Positions 1 to 9,320 of a stretch of 64,000 nt of DNA are shown piece by piece. The stretch covers positions 66,963-130,962 of the forward strand of contig CAZRRH010000003.1 of the NCBI GenBank assembly GCA_964602665.1, written 5' to 3'. The notes beneath the pieces were generated by a model. The model was given only the letters and a program-made list of their open reading frames with translations, searched no databases and was not told the origin of the DNA. The DNA comes from an uncultured Candidatus Saccharibacteria bacterium (lineage in GTDB: Bacteria; Patescibacteriota; Dojkabacteria; SC72; WJKH01). The position numbers were made by a program, and so were the translations under genes. Numbering within the stretch: position 1 is the stretch's first letter; the number at the start of each line of letters is the position of its first letter.

Positions 1-1380
1 TTTCTTGCCTCGTTGTGTTTGTGGATCTAGTGTGATGCCTTTTTCTCTATAGGTCATAAGTAGTGCTCTATCAAGTACTGCAATCTCATTGCTGTTTAAC
101 TCTCCCATCATTAGTCTTAAAAAACTCTCCAGAGTGAGAATTTTAGATCTTAGCTCATCATCTTCTGGGTCTCCAAGTCCACTAATCTCAAAAGGGTTAA
201 TTTTGTCACTTTTGTCTTGTGAAAAAGATATGTATGTACCTCCTATTGCCTCGCATAATCGCTCATATTCATGCTCAGGATCTATAATTATGATCTGCGT
301 GCCAAACATAGCATTTCGCACAGCCTCAAGTTTAACGAAATAGCTCTTACCTGCACCAGATTTAGCAAAAACAGCTGTGTTTGCGTTTTCCATGTCAAAT
401 CTATCAAATATGACCATGCTATTATTGTGTTGATTTATGCCGTACATAACGCCGTGATCCATTGTGAGTTCAGATGTGACAAAAGGGAAAGTCGATGCAA
501 TTGAAGTAGTATCCATATTTCTTGTTATGTATAAATTGTCAAGACCAAGTGGTTGGCAACTTATAAGACCATCTTCTTGTTGTAGAGTCGCTGTCCTTGC
601 TGTCATATTCATTGCAGCAAGAGTTGATATAATGTTTTTAGATATTTTATCAAGGAGATCTTTTGATCTTGTTGCGACCATTATATACATGCCGTAGTAG
701 AAAAACTTTTCGGCGCCTTGTGCGATAGAATCCTGTAGTTGTTGCGCATCTGATAAGGCAATTTTTGTGCTTGGATCGATGGCTTGGCGTTTCTCCATCT
801 GTGTGTAAAGAGTGGCTTCAAGCTCTCCGATTTTTTTCTTTAGCTTATTTAAGATTGTTTTTGAGTCAATTGGATAATAAAAAGTACTTATTGTGATAGA
901 GTGCTCAAAGTTGATAATAGGGGATAACCAATTTGGACCGACAGATCTTGGATAGCCACTAACAAAAAATGTCCTATAGTACCTATCAGCAATTTGTACA
1001 TGATTGAAATCTACTTCCATATCTATTGGTGCAATAATATCTTGTAAACTTAATCCTTCAAAACGATCAGGCTGAATATATCCGCCTCTTGCTTTCTTCT
1101 CTTTTTCAAGCTGTTTTTCCCGGTCAGATAAGTTTTTGCTACGGGAGAAATTTTTACTTAGCAGACCTAAAATGTTTTGAAAAAGTCCCTTTTTCTTTTC
1201 TTTTTCAACCTCCTTTTCGTTGTAGCGTTCTTTGTCGGGTTTATTTGTATCATAAGCTGTTTTAAACTGCTCAATTTCATTTGTATCGAATTTGCGCCCA
1301 ATCTTTGCCCTTTCATCAAGTTTTTCTTGTAATGGAGATTTAAACGGATCCCTCTTTATCTTGTCTTTATCTGTTGCCAT
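1..1380 (-). CDS. VirB4/TraE-like conjugation/T4SS-type ATPase (C-terminus runs off the left edge; absent from the ORF track)
   Basis: Manual minus-strand translation near the ATG at 1380 and over 1-430 gives INQHNNSMVIFDRFDMENANTAVFAKSGAGKSYFVKLE (Walker A) and IIIIDPEHEY. It follows PrgI-like genes. Confidence 0.85.
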   Translation of the reverse strand, partial: MATDKDKIKRDPFKSPLQEKLDERAKIGRKFDTNEIEQFKTAYDTNKPDKERYNEKEVEKEKKKGLFQNILGLLSKNFSRSKNLSDREKQLEKEKKARGGYIQPDRFEGLSLQDIIAPIDMEVDFNHVQIADRYYRTFFVSGYPRSVGPNWLSPIINFEHSITISTFYYPIDSKTILNKLKKKIGELEATLYTQMEKRQAIDPSTKIALSDAQQLQDSIAQGAEKFFYYGMYIMVATRSKDLLDKISKNIISTLAAMNMTARTATLQQEDGLISCQPLGLDNLYITRNMDTTSIASTFPFVTSELTMDHGVMYGINQHNNSMVIFDRFDMENANTAVFAKSGAGKSYFVKLEAVRNAMFGTQIIIIDPEHEYERLCEAIGGTYISFSQDKSDKINPFEISGLGDPEDDELRSKILTLESFLRLMMGELNSNEIAVLDRALLMTYREKGITLDPQTQRGKK

Positions 1381-1399
1381 TAATTTTTAATATTTTAAA

Positions 1400-2026
1400 T
1401 TACTCGACTTCATTATATACGCTATAAAAAAGCTCTATTAGCTCATCATTTTCTAGCTGATGTCCAATAAGGCCCATCCTCGCAATTTGTTTTAATAGGT
1501 GATCTCGTTTAGGATACAAATATATTTTCGCTTGCTCAACCAGTTTTTCAAGCTCTGTATCGCCAATGCCAGTACTTTCATCTTTTTTGGGTAATGGTAG
1601 AATAGATGATAGGCTAAGATTATACACCATATGGGGCACAACTATATAGAATTTCTTGTCTAACACATCATTTTGAACTACTAAATTCTGTACAAATGTT
1701 GTATAAACGCTCATTTGCTTCCTTAACCCCTCTGACATAGGTTTTTTAAGCTCATTTTGTAGGTAATTAATATAATTTGATATGTCAATTCGTTTTGTGC
1801 GGATAACAACCTGTACCGGAAAAGTCAGAGAATTTAGAAGGCCAGAGAAGGCTCCTATTTTATTGTCTTGTTCATATTCTGAGAGCAAATCGAAGTTTAC
1901 AGCAGACGTTTGAATTATTAAATTAGCTTTCCTTGATTTAGTAATGACGATATCGTCAATTATCTCATGTATTTGTAAATGTTCCTGCGTCGAATTTTTT
2001 ACTTTGACCCTTGTTGATGGCTTCAT
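1400..2026 (-). CDS. Conserved protein of the PrgI/VirB4 cluster (TraC/TrsD-like)
   Basis: Motifs VNFDLLSEYEQ, LNSLTFPVQVVIRT and KKFYIVVP; lies between prgI-like and virB4-like genes with a 4-bp overlap. Confidence 0.65.
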   Translation of the reverse strand: MKPSTRVKVKNSTQEHLQIHEIIDDIVITKSRKANLIIQTSAVNFDLLSEYEQDNKIGAFSGLLNSLTFPVQVVIRTKRIDISNYINYLQNELKKPMSEGLRKQMSVYTTFVQNLVVQNDVLDKKFYIVVPHMVYNLSLSSILPLPKKDESTGIGDTELEKLVEQAKIYLYPKRDHLLKQIARMGLIGHQLENDELIELFYSVYNEVE

Positions 2027-2931
2027 TTCTTTATACCTATTATTTTAATTGGTTCATCCGTTCCTGTGTTAAAAGCATAAATGACTCTTGGAAACAAGTA
2101 ATCTGTGCTCTGTAAATCGATTTTGTATACTCCATGTGGATATTCTCGCTCTGTAATAATTTCTCCTTTTGAATCTGATACCTTTACCTGTAATATTTTC
2201 TCGCTATTATCTTTTATCATAACTACAGCTTTAGGGATAGGATAATTTGATTGGTCTCTTATTGATATGTTAATAGAGTTAGGCGGAGGAGAAATCAGCG
2301 AGAAAGGGGCTTTAAAAATATCAATATTTGAATTGTTTATTAATATTTCTGGAGGTACTTTTATCTGTTGTGGTATAGAAGTGCTTGTTGTAGCTGTTGA
2401 TGCCACAGCAGTTTCTTTCTCTTTTACAATCGTGGCTCCTTGCGCGATTTTATTTAGCTCTAGTTTTTTTTGACTCTCTTCCATCTCAATTTTATCTTCA
2501 GCTTGCTCTTTTTGCTGTATGGTTTTAGTTGACGAGCCAATTATCTTAGGATCTTGTTTAACGGCTTGCTGATTTTTGGCGTCGGCAAGGGCAACTGTAG
2601 CGCTTGAGTCTTTAAAAATGCTGTGGTCTAGATAGTCACTTCTCCATACTCTCAAAGTAGGCGAGCTTACGGATTTAATGAAATTTTTAAGGTAGACATC
2701 AGCTTTTTGATCATTAATTGGTACCAAACCAAGAAATGCCCCTGTACCAGAAGACAATAAAAAAATTGGTATGGCAATCCATCCGGGAATTGTGCGGTTT
2801 GACATAAGATATAGGAAAATGACTCCAAAGCCTAGACCTATTGCGATATATGCAAACTCTCTTATCGTAAAATGGGAGAAGAGTTTGAACTCTATATCAA
2901 GTATATTTTGTGGTATAGGATGTTGCTTCAT
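2023..2931 (-). CDS. PrgI-family membrane protein with C-terminal beta-sandwich-like extension
   Basis: N-terminus QHPIPQNILDIEFKLFSHFTIREF, two TM helices, then SSPTLRVW. Confidence 0.75.
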   Translation of the reverse strand: MKQHPIPQNILDIEFKLFSHFTIREFAYIAIGLGFGVIFLYLMSNRTIPGWIAIPIFLLSSGTGAFLGLVPINDQKADVYLKNFIKSVSSPTLRVWRSDYLDHSIFKDSSATVALADAKNQQAVKQDPKIIGSSTKTIQQKEQAEDKIEMEESQKKLELNKIAQGATIVKEKETAVASTATTSTSIPQQIKVPPEILINNSNIDIFKAPFSLISPPPNSINISIRDQSNYPIPKAVVMIKDNSEKILQVKVSDSKGEIITEREYPHGVYKIDLQSTDYLFPRVIYAFNTGTDEPIKIIGIKK

Positions 2932-2951
2932 AATTTGTTATACTATTTTAT

Positions 2952-3587
2952 ATGAAAAAGAAAAGTTTTGCAAAGCAGTATAGTAATTTTAATAATATGA
3001 AGGAATTTAGAGCAAATGTTTTAAAAAGTTATAATAGGAAATTAGGAGATGTAAAAGATGGTGATTTTGATGCCTTATTTAAGTCGGGTTTACTCCCTTG
3101 TGACAGAAAAGAAGTTGATCGAAAGCTAGAAATCGCGAATAAAAATCTCTCTAAGATATTGCATCATAAATTTTGTACAAAAATAGCGATAAGCGGTTCT
3201 ACTGCCGTCGGATGTCCAAGAGTTGATGATGATATTGACATATTTGTGATTGTTAGAGATAACACTCTCTGGCTATATCGGATGTGGTTCAAACTTTTTG
3301 GTGGGAAAGCCGTAGCCAGGAGGCTTGACAATGTCCGCAAAGACAAATTTTGTGTCAATTTTATTGTGGAAGAAAGTGCCCTTGATAATGTTATTAACAA
3401 CAGTGTGTTTTATCAGCATGAGATGGCTTGCCTTATTACTTTATGGGAAGCAAGCGAGCCTACCAAACCCATTTCATCGGCGATTAAAGTAGCCAATTTA
3501 TTTGCCTATTGGTTGCAGATGCTTTCTAGGTTAGTTTTTGGTGGACATGTTGTACATGATATGCGAGTTGTGCAAGAGTGGAAGTGA
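2952..3587 (+). CDS. Nucleotidyltransferase-fold protein (start may be ATG 2997)
   Basis: Pol-beta superfamily motif AISGSTAVG...DDDIDIFVI. Confidence 0.6.
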   Translation: MKKKSFAKQYSNFNNMKEFRANVLKSYNRKLGDVKDGDFDALFKSGLLPCDRKEVDRKLEIANKNLSKILHHKFCTKIAISGSTAVGCPRVDDDIDIFVIVRDNTLWLYRMWFKLFGGKAVARRLDNVRKDKFCVNFIVEESALDNVINNSVFYQHEMACLITLWEASEPTKPISSAIKVANLFAYWLQMLSRLVFGGHVVHDMRVVQEWK

Positions 3588-3595
3588 TTAGAGGA

Positions 3596-4144
3596 TTAGT
3601 CGAAAAGTGCTGTATCATAAGTAATATCTAACCAAGTATATGCGCGTGACAGTTGTATAGGGTCTTCACAAATAGCGGTAAAGCTTTTAAAAGTAAGTAC
3701 TGGAGAACTTGATACAAATCTTTTATCATCATAGTCTGAAACTTCGTCTGATTCTTCATAAGTGAGTTTTTTTGGATCTTCAAGATTCCAAGTTACGTCT
3801 AAAGTATGTCCTTCTAGACTATCCCGTACCTTTAGAGAACAAGGTACGCATACTAGCATATTGTCTTGATCTATTCCGACGGCGACATAATCAGTATTTT
3901 CATCTGCTCTATTCACTTGAACAACGAAATAAGCTCTTTTTTCAGTTATTTTAACACCTTTGGCTACGTCTATACCATCTTTTCCAGGATCTTCGAATAA
4001 AACACTATGAACAATTGCACTTAAGCCATTATAACGCGGTGTTTCCAAGACGGTTTGTATAGCTCTATCTGCGGCAGTAAGCAAATCTTTCTCTCTTTTG
4101 TCTCTTTCTCCTATACCAACTATATTTGTCAAATTCGGTGCCAT
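3596..4144 (-). CDS. Hypothetical protein
   Basis: 182-aa ORF with a TATAAT upstream; no recognised motif. Confidence 0.5.
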   Translation of the reverse strand: MAPNLTNIVGIGERDKREKDLLTAADRAIQTVLETPRYNGLSAIVHSVLFEDPGKDGIDVAKGVKITEKRAYFVVQVNRADENTDYVAVGIDQDNMLVCVPCSLKVRDSLEGHTLDVTWNLEDPKKLTYEESDEVSDYDDKRFVSSSPVLTFKSFTAICEDPIQLSRAYTWLDITYDTALFD

Positions 4145-4252
4145 AATAATTCAATTAAAATTTAGGTTATATAGTATAATTATATCACAGACAATGCCTG
4201 CGCGTCAATAGATAATTTTATGGCTAGATTATAAGATTAGATGACAATTAAA

Positions 4253-5323
4253 TCATGTTAAACTAATCTTATTAGCTTTTCTGATCTTAATCTCATCTCT
4301 TATGCCCGAGATAAAAACTTGCTGATTCTTTATAAACTTATTATTAAAAATCCGTCTAATTTTATTGTCGTCAAGCTCAGATTGTAAGTCGTCGAGTATT
4401 AAGATAGGGTACTGTCCAAGCATGTTCTTATAAAGCTCCTGTAAGCAGAAGATAAAAGAGCCGATAACAAAGCGTTTTTCTCCTCTAGAGCCGTATTTAT
4501 GGATATCTCGATCAAAGCCAAAAAGATGCCAATCATCTCGATGGGCACCGTATAGGGAGTATCCTATTGCGATTTCTCGCCTAATGTTTTTGCTATAAAT
4601 GTCGTTGTGCTTTTTTATGAGTGATTTCTTGTCCAGCATATCCTCGAAATCTCCTAATCCAAGTGATGATTTATACTCTATAAATCCATCTTTCTCTAAC
4701 ACAGAATTTATTTCTGTTATGAAGTTGCTTCTTTTAAAAATAATATCACTACTTATCTGAGCTAACTTTTGTGTCCATATTGATAAATCGACATTTTTTT
4801 CATCTACAGCACCTGTTTTATAGAAAATTTCGGCAAGTTTTTTAAGTTGTTTATTTCTTTGGCGAAGTGTTTTTGAAAAAGTGTTTAGTTCAAAAGCATA
4901 TTTATAATCAATATTACAGATTATATCGTCAAGAAATTTGCGTCGAGCAGAAGGAGATAGCATTAATATGTCGATTTGTTCTGGGGAGAAGAGATTTGAT
5001 TTAGTATATGAGCTAAACTTAGTAACGCCTTTTTTTTTGCCATTAATAAGATATTTGCAAGATGTTTTGTTGTAAATAATACTTTTGCAACTTTTATCGC
5101 TAAAAACAGCCTCTACCTTAAAGAAGTCATCCTCCCAATTTAATATATCACTTAAATCGTTGGTAAATGGAGATTTTCCGTTTGTTAGCAAACTAATCGC
5201 TTCGATACAGCTACTTTTACCACTTCCATTGTCTCCAATTAGGATATTGACACCGTCTGTGAAATCAAACTGGATATTTTTAAATTTGCGAAAATTTTGT
5301 AACTGTAGACTCTGCAAATACAT
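4253..5323 (-). CDS. recF: DNA replication/repair protein RecF
   Basis: LQNFRKF, Walker A GDNGSGKS, YGAHRDD, GSRGEKR, PILILDDLQSELD. Confidence 0.9.
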   Translation of the reverse strand: MYLQSLQLQNFRKFKNIQFDFTDGVNILIGDNGSGKSSCIEAISLLTNGKSPFTNDLSDILNWEDDFFKVEAVFSDKSCKSIIYNKTSCKYLINGKKKGVTKFSSYTKSNLFSPEQIDILMLSPSARRKFLDDIICNIDYKYAFELNTFSKTLRQRNKQLKKLAEIFYKTGAVDEKNVDLSIWTQKLAQISSDIIFKRSNFITEINSVLEKDGFIEYKSSLGLGDFEDMLDKKSLIKKHNDIYSKNIRREIAIGYSLYGAHRDDWHLFGFDRDIHKYGSRGEKRFVIGSFIFCLQELYKNMLGQYPILILDDLQSELDDNKIRRIFNNKFIKNQQVFISGIRDEIKIRKANKISLT

Positions 5324-5326
5324 GAT

Positions 5327-7144
5327 TTATGTTTTAAGGATAGCTAAAAATGCTGCCTGCGGAATTGTAACACTTCCAATTTGTTTCATTCTCTTTTTAC
5401 CTTTCTTTTGCTTTTCTAATAGCTTTTTCTTGCGGGAGTAGTCACCACCATAAAGCTTGGCTGTAACATCTTTGCGAAAGGCTCTTATTGTCACTCGTGC
5501 AATTATTTTCGCGCCGATTGCGGCTTGTATTGGTACTTCAAATTGTTGTCTTGGTATGACTCCCTCCATTACCTCGAGTATTTTCATGGCTCTATCTCTG
5601 GCAAATTCGCGTGTCTCCAAAAAGCTTAGTACGCCAATCTCTTCTCGATTGACAAGTATTGATATTTTGACAACATCGACAGGAAAATAATCGATAAATT
5701 CGTACTCCATGGAGGCGTATCCGCTTGAGTATGTTTTGAGTAGATCAAAAAAGTTTGAAATAAGCGAAGCTAGGGGCATGTCATAATGTAGCGATACATA
5801 CTGTTTTGCAATATCACCCTCCTGATTGAGATATTTTGTGTTTACATATTGCCCTCGTTTTTGCTCACAAAGCTGCATTATTGAACCAATATATTCAGCT
5901 GGTGTCATTATATCTATACGCACCCACGGCTCTTGTATTTCTTTTATTTGAGATGGCTCCGGGAGCTCTTGTGCTGTTTGAATCATTAATTCAGTATTAT
6001 TTGTAAGAAAGACTTTATACTCAACTGTTGGTGCTGTTATAAGTAAATCAACATCAAACTCTCTTTCTAACCTTTCCTGCACTATTTCCATGTGTAGTAG
6101 CCCTAAAAAACCGCATCTAAATCCCGTACCAAGCAAATTGGATTTCTGGTAGGTATAGCTAAGTGATGAGTCATTAAGCAAAAGCTTGTCCATAGCTAAT
6201 TTAAGTTGCTCATAATCAGCCGTATCTGTTGGAAAAAATGTCGCAAAGACATTAGCTTTTGGTGGTTGATAGCCTGGCAGAGCAGATGTATCTAGCTTAT
6301 TGCTTACTGTATCACCAACTGTAAAATACTTTATATCTTTTAGTCCTGTAGCAATATATCCTACTTCACCAGTCTCAAGTTTTTCTACTTCCTGCATATC
6401 TGGGGTAAAAATACCAAACTCTATTGGATTAAAGGTTATCTTTTTTCTAAGTATGTAAAGCTGTGGAAATTGTGTTGCACCATAATTCTTCTTGGTTAAA
6501 TTTCCATTGAAAATTCTTACTGAAATCATAACTCCCTTGTGCTCATCGTAAAAAGAGTCAAATATTAGTGCTTGAAAAACATCTGCGGGCAGATTTGATT
6601 TCTTTGGATCGGGTGTATCTTGAACTATGCGATCAAGTAGTTTATCGACATTTTGTCCTGTTTTACCCGACACTTGTACAACGCTATCTCTATCAATCCC
6701 AAGAAGGATTTCTATCTCATCAAGTCTTCTTTCTATATTTACTCCCGGGACATCGATTTTGTTTAACGCGGGAATTATTACAAGGCCTTCGTTATGGGCT
6801 TTTTGTAGTGTCGAAATTGTTTGAGCCTGAACGCCTTGTGTAGCGTCTATTAATAATACTGCTGATTCGCAGGCATGTAATGATCTTGAGACCTCATATG
6901 AGAAGTCTACATGTCCTGGTGTGTCTATGATGTTTAATTCGTAGCCTTTCCAGTTTAGTTGCACGGGCTGTAACTTTATAGTTATGCCTTTTTCTTGCTC
7001 AAGCTCTAGCGTGTCAAGTATTCTCTCAGTGTGTGCCGATTTGCTTTTATGCTCTTGTGATGGGTTGCATAGCTCAATTATACGGTCTGCAAGAGTAGAT
7101 TTACCGTGATCTATATGTGCTATTATTGAGAAATTCCGTATCAT
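5327..7144 (-). CDS. lepA: Elongation factor 4 (LepA)
   Basis: IRNFSIIAHIDHGKSTLADR, DTPGHVDF, RKDVTAKLYGGD...KKLLEKQKKGKKRMK. Confidence 0.98.
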   Translation of the reverse strand: MIRNFSIIAHIDHGKSTLADRIIELCNPSQEHKSKSAHTERILDTLELEQEKGITIKLQPVQLNWKGYELNIIDTPGHVDFSYEVSRSLHACESAVLLIDATQGVQAQTISTLQKAHNEGLVIIPALNKIDVPGVNIERRLDEIEILLGIDRDSVVQVSGKTGQNVDKLLDRIVQDTPDPKKSNLPADVFQALIFDSFYDEHKGVMISVRIFNGNLTKKNYGATQFPQLYILRKKITFNPIEFGIFTPDMQEVEKLETGEVGYIATGLKDIKYFTVGDTVSNKLDTSALPGYQPPKANVFATFFPTDTADYEQLKLAMDKLLLNDSSLSYTYQKSNLLGTGFRCGFLGLLHMEIVQERLEREFDVDLLITAPTVEYKVFLTNNTELMIQTAQELPEPSQIKEIQEPWVRIDIMTPAEYIGSIMQLCEQKRGQYVNTKYLNQEGDIAKQYVSLHYDMPLASLISNFFDLLKTYSSGYASMEYEFIDYFPVDVVKISILVNREEIGVLSFLETREFARDRAMKILEVMEGVIPRQQFEVPIQAAIGAKIIARVTIRAFRKDVTAKLYGGDYSRKKKLLEKQKKGKKRMKQIGSVTIPQAAFLAILKT

Positions 7145-7210
7145 CTTGTTTAAATTTATATTTTAAATGCTAAATTTTTAATTTTATAAAATCACGCTTT
7201 GCGTTAACTC

Positions 7211-7250
7211 AATCTAAAATCTAAAATTTAGAATTTAAAATTTAAAATTT
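7211..7250. repeat. Heptamer tandem repeat (AATYTAR, about 5.7 copies)
   Basis: aatctaa aatctaa aatttag aatttaa aatttaa aattt read directly from the sequence. Confidence 0.7.
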
Positions 7251-7606
7251 GTCTTAGTCCTAATTTTATTCGCGTAAATCGTCATATCGTAAAAATAGTT
7301 ATTAAAAAATTGCTCATCAGAATTATACTGATTATCACCTTTATAAAAATCTAACCAGAACTCCTTAAGCCGACAAAGCTCCTGAAGATAGCCAAGCATT
7401 TTTTTATCTATTGCGTATTCAATTGATATGTAAAAGAGATCCATTGCTCTTAAATATGCTGAATTGGCGATCTCCTTATCTAGTTTCTTCCACTTCATTG
7501 CTCGAAATACTTCGCTCCCAATGTTTGCAAGTTGCTCTGCAGTATGCATTTGATACCATTTGTCCTTATCTACATGGGATTTATATTTATTTTGTGACTT
7601 TTTCAT
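7235..7606 (-). CDS. Small all-helical hypothetical protein
   Basis: 123 aa with EQLANIGSEVFRA and ELCRLKE; function unknown. Confidence 0.6.
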   Translation of the reverse strand: MKKSQNKYKSHVDKDKWYQMHTAEQLANIGSEVFRAMKWKKLDKEIANSAYLRAMDLFYISIEYAIDKKMLGYLQELCRLKEFWLDFYKGDNQYNSDEQFFNNYFYDMTIYANKIRTKTNFKF

Positions 7607-7672
7607 ATGTTTTTTTTTATATACGCAATATAGCTATTATATCATATCTACATCTAAAAAGTCTGTGTAGCA

Positions 7673-7692
7673 AAGTGAAAACTTTTTCACTT
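7673..7692. promoter_or_regulatory. 9-bp perfect inverted repeat between divergent genes (possible operator)
   Basis: AAGTGAAAA-CT-TTTTCACTT, touching the putative -35 TTGATT (7691) of the wHTH gene. Confidence 0.35.
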
Positions 7693-7750
7693 GATTTATT
7701 AAATTAAGCAGGAATATAATATAGACAATATAATTTTTAAATATTAAAAA

Positions 7751-8056
7751 ATGGAGCAATTTCATATATATCAGAAACAGATACTAAAAAGCTTAATGTA
7801 TAAATCTTCATTAAGATTTAATGAACTAATGATTCCAGAATTGTCTTCTAAGCATTTTAATTATCATCTTAAGAAGCTTATCGAAGGTGGCTATGTGACA
7901 AATAAAAACAGGCAGTATGTTTTAACAGATGAGGGTAAAGAGCTTGTAAAACGAAAAGATCTATTTAATACATTTTCAGATAAACTAGAATTTGTAAGAA
8001 ATCCTCAAAAAGGAGTACAATTCAGGGAGATAATTACAGAGGCAGAGGGCTATTAG
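7751..8056 (+). CDS. Winged-HTH protein, possibly internally deleted
   Basis: LRFNELM...HFNYHLKKLIEGGYV...YVLTDEGKELV wHTH pattern; only 101 aa. Confidence 0.6.
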   Translation: MEQFHIYQKQILKSLMYKSSLRFNELMIPELSSKHFNYHLKKLIEGGYVTNKNRQYVLTDEGKELVKRKDLFNTFSDKLEFVRNPQKGVQFREIITEAEGY

Positions 8057-8140
8057 GAATACTTATAAAAACATGGAAGAATTACAAAGAGTTAAAACAT
8101 TTTTAGAATTTGATAAGTTACAAAATAAATATAGGCGTAA

Positions 8141-8169
8141 TTGACAAACTTCATCATTTATGTTAGTAT
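8141..8169 (+). promoter_or_regulatory. sigma70 promoter of the DGR target gene
   Basis: TTGACA (8141), 17-bp spacer, TAGTAT (8164) with extended TG. Confidence 0.6.
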
Positions 8170-8198
8170 CCAAGTAACTAAGTTTATTAATTCATGAT

Positions 8199-9227
8199 AT
8201 GAAGAAAAAATCTTTATTAATAAGTTACTTCTTTGTTTCGGGTCTGTTTCTAATGACCTGTCTTTTATTAGGAAGGAATTTTAAAGTATCAGCAACAAGT
8301 ACTCCCCCTATTACTGATCAGGTATCAATATTAGATCAGATATACACGAGATTAGTTACAAGCGGATTTGGTACGGAGTCATCAGGAGATCATGGTAATT
8401 TTGGTGTAAAATGGAATAGAATAGCAAGTAGTGCGTATTGGATACCAGATGGAGATGCAACTGCAGAAGATGTTGTAACGGGAAAAACCTTTTATGGAGG
8501 TAACAGAACAGAACAAACGGGAACATTGTCATTAACAGGAGATGCTACGGTTGATGATGTAGTTTCTGGAAAGACATTTTATTCAGATTCATTCACTAAA
8601 TTAACAGGTACAGCACCCGAACCAATAGATTTTTCTCTTATGCAATTTAATGAATATGATGATTATGAAGGATTAGCAACTGGTAGTATTGATCCAACAA
8701 ACCCGATAGATGATTACGAAGGAGATGAAGCTATATGGACAAATACATCGACAAATGTATGGAAGGATGAACGAACAGGTCTTTTCTGGAGTGCAGATGT
8801 AAGCACTTTGGGATTGGGACTTCCAGCAACATATTCTAATGCTTTTCCTAATCAAGTCCATACAACTTGCCCATTCTTTTCTTCCAATCCAAGAGCTAGC
8901 TATGATGGACTAACAGCCTCATGTGGTAACGCTATAAATGTATGTGGAACATTATCATATGATAGGGACAATGATGGAGAAGCAGAGACGGACTGGTATC
9001 TACCAACTCAAAAAGAATTAATGCAGGCCTACATAGATGGTATGTATAATCAAGCAGGAGCTAATCTAGAAGGCGCGGCGACATTTACCACTACAAACTT
9101 TTTCTGGTCCTCCTCGGAGGTGTCCTTCTATCCTACGAACGCATGGGGCGTTTCCCTGCTCGTCGGCAACACGAACCTCAACGCTAAGGCAAGTACTTTC
9201 GCTGTGCGTTGTGTTTCTCGGGACTGA
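8199..9227 (+). CDS. DGR target: signal/TM-anchored protein with C-terminal C-type-lectin-fold (DUF1566/Lcl-like) domain
   Basis: Hydrophobic N-terminus; motifs WKDERTGLFWS, DWYLPTQKEL, FWSSSE, AVRCV; the last 41 sense codons are the VR. Confidence 0.92.
   Translation: MKKKSLLISYFFVSGLFLMTCLLLGRNFKVSATSTPPITDQVSILDQIYTRLVTSGFGTESSGDHGNFGVKWNRIASSAYWIPDGDATAEDVVTGKTFYGGNRTEQTGTLSLTGDATVDDVVSGKTFYSDSFTKLTGTAPEPIDFSLMQFNEYDDYEGLATGSIDPTNPIDDYEGDEAIWTNTSTNVWKDERTGLFWSADVSTLGLGLPATYSNAFPNQVHTTCPFFSSNPRASYDGLTASCGNAINVCGTLSYDRDNDGEAETDWYLPTQKELMQAYIDGMYNQAGANLEGAATFTTTNFFWSSSEVSFYPTNAWGVSLLVGNTNLNAKASTFAVRCVSRD
8451..8612 (+). repeat. Two 29-aa-period stalk repeats in the DGR target
   Basis: GDATAEDVVTGKTFYGG...TGT (from 8451) and GDATVDDVVSGKTFYSD...TGT (from 8538). 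Confidence 0.8.
9102..9225 (+). repeat. DGR variable repeat (VR)
   Basis: 124-bp ungapped match to 9532-9655 with 22 mismatches, all opposite TR adenines. Confidence 0.97.
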
Positions 9228-9285
9228 TATGATTAGAATTTGATAATTTTCAACTTAAAATTTCCCCGTGGGATATTTAGGGCTA

Positions 9286-9314
9286 TTGACATATACCTTA
9301 TCAATTGGTATCTT
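9286..9314 (+). promoter_or_regulatory. sigma70 promoter for the TR-containing RNA
   Basis: TTGACA (9286-9291), 17-bp spacer, TATCTT (9309-9314) with extended TG; predicted start near G9321. Confidence 0.7.
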
Positions 9315-9320
9315 ACAACT

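Noticed and set aside
89-697. Short + strand ORFs
   Set aside because: Antisense shadows of the VirB4-like gene; the same applies to the many other short opposite-strand ORFs in the track.
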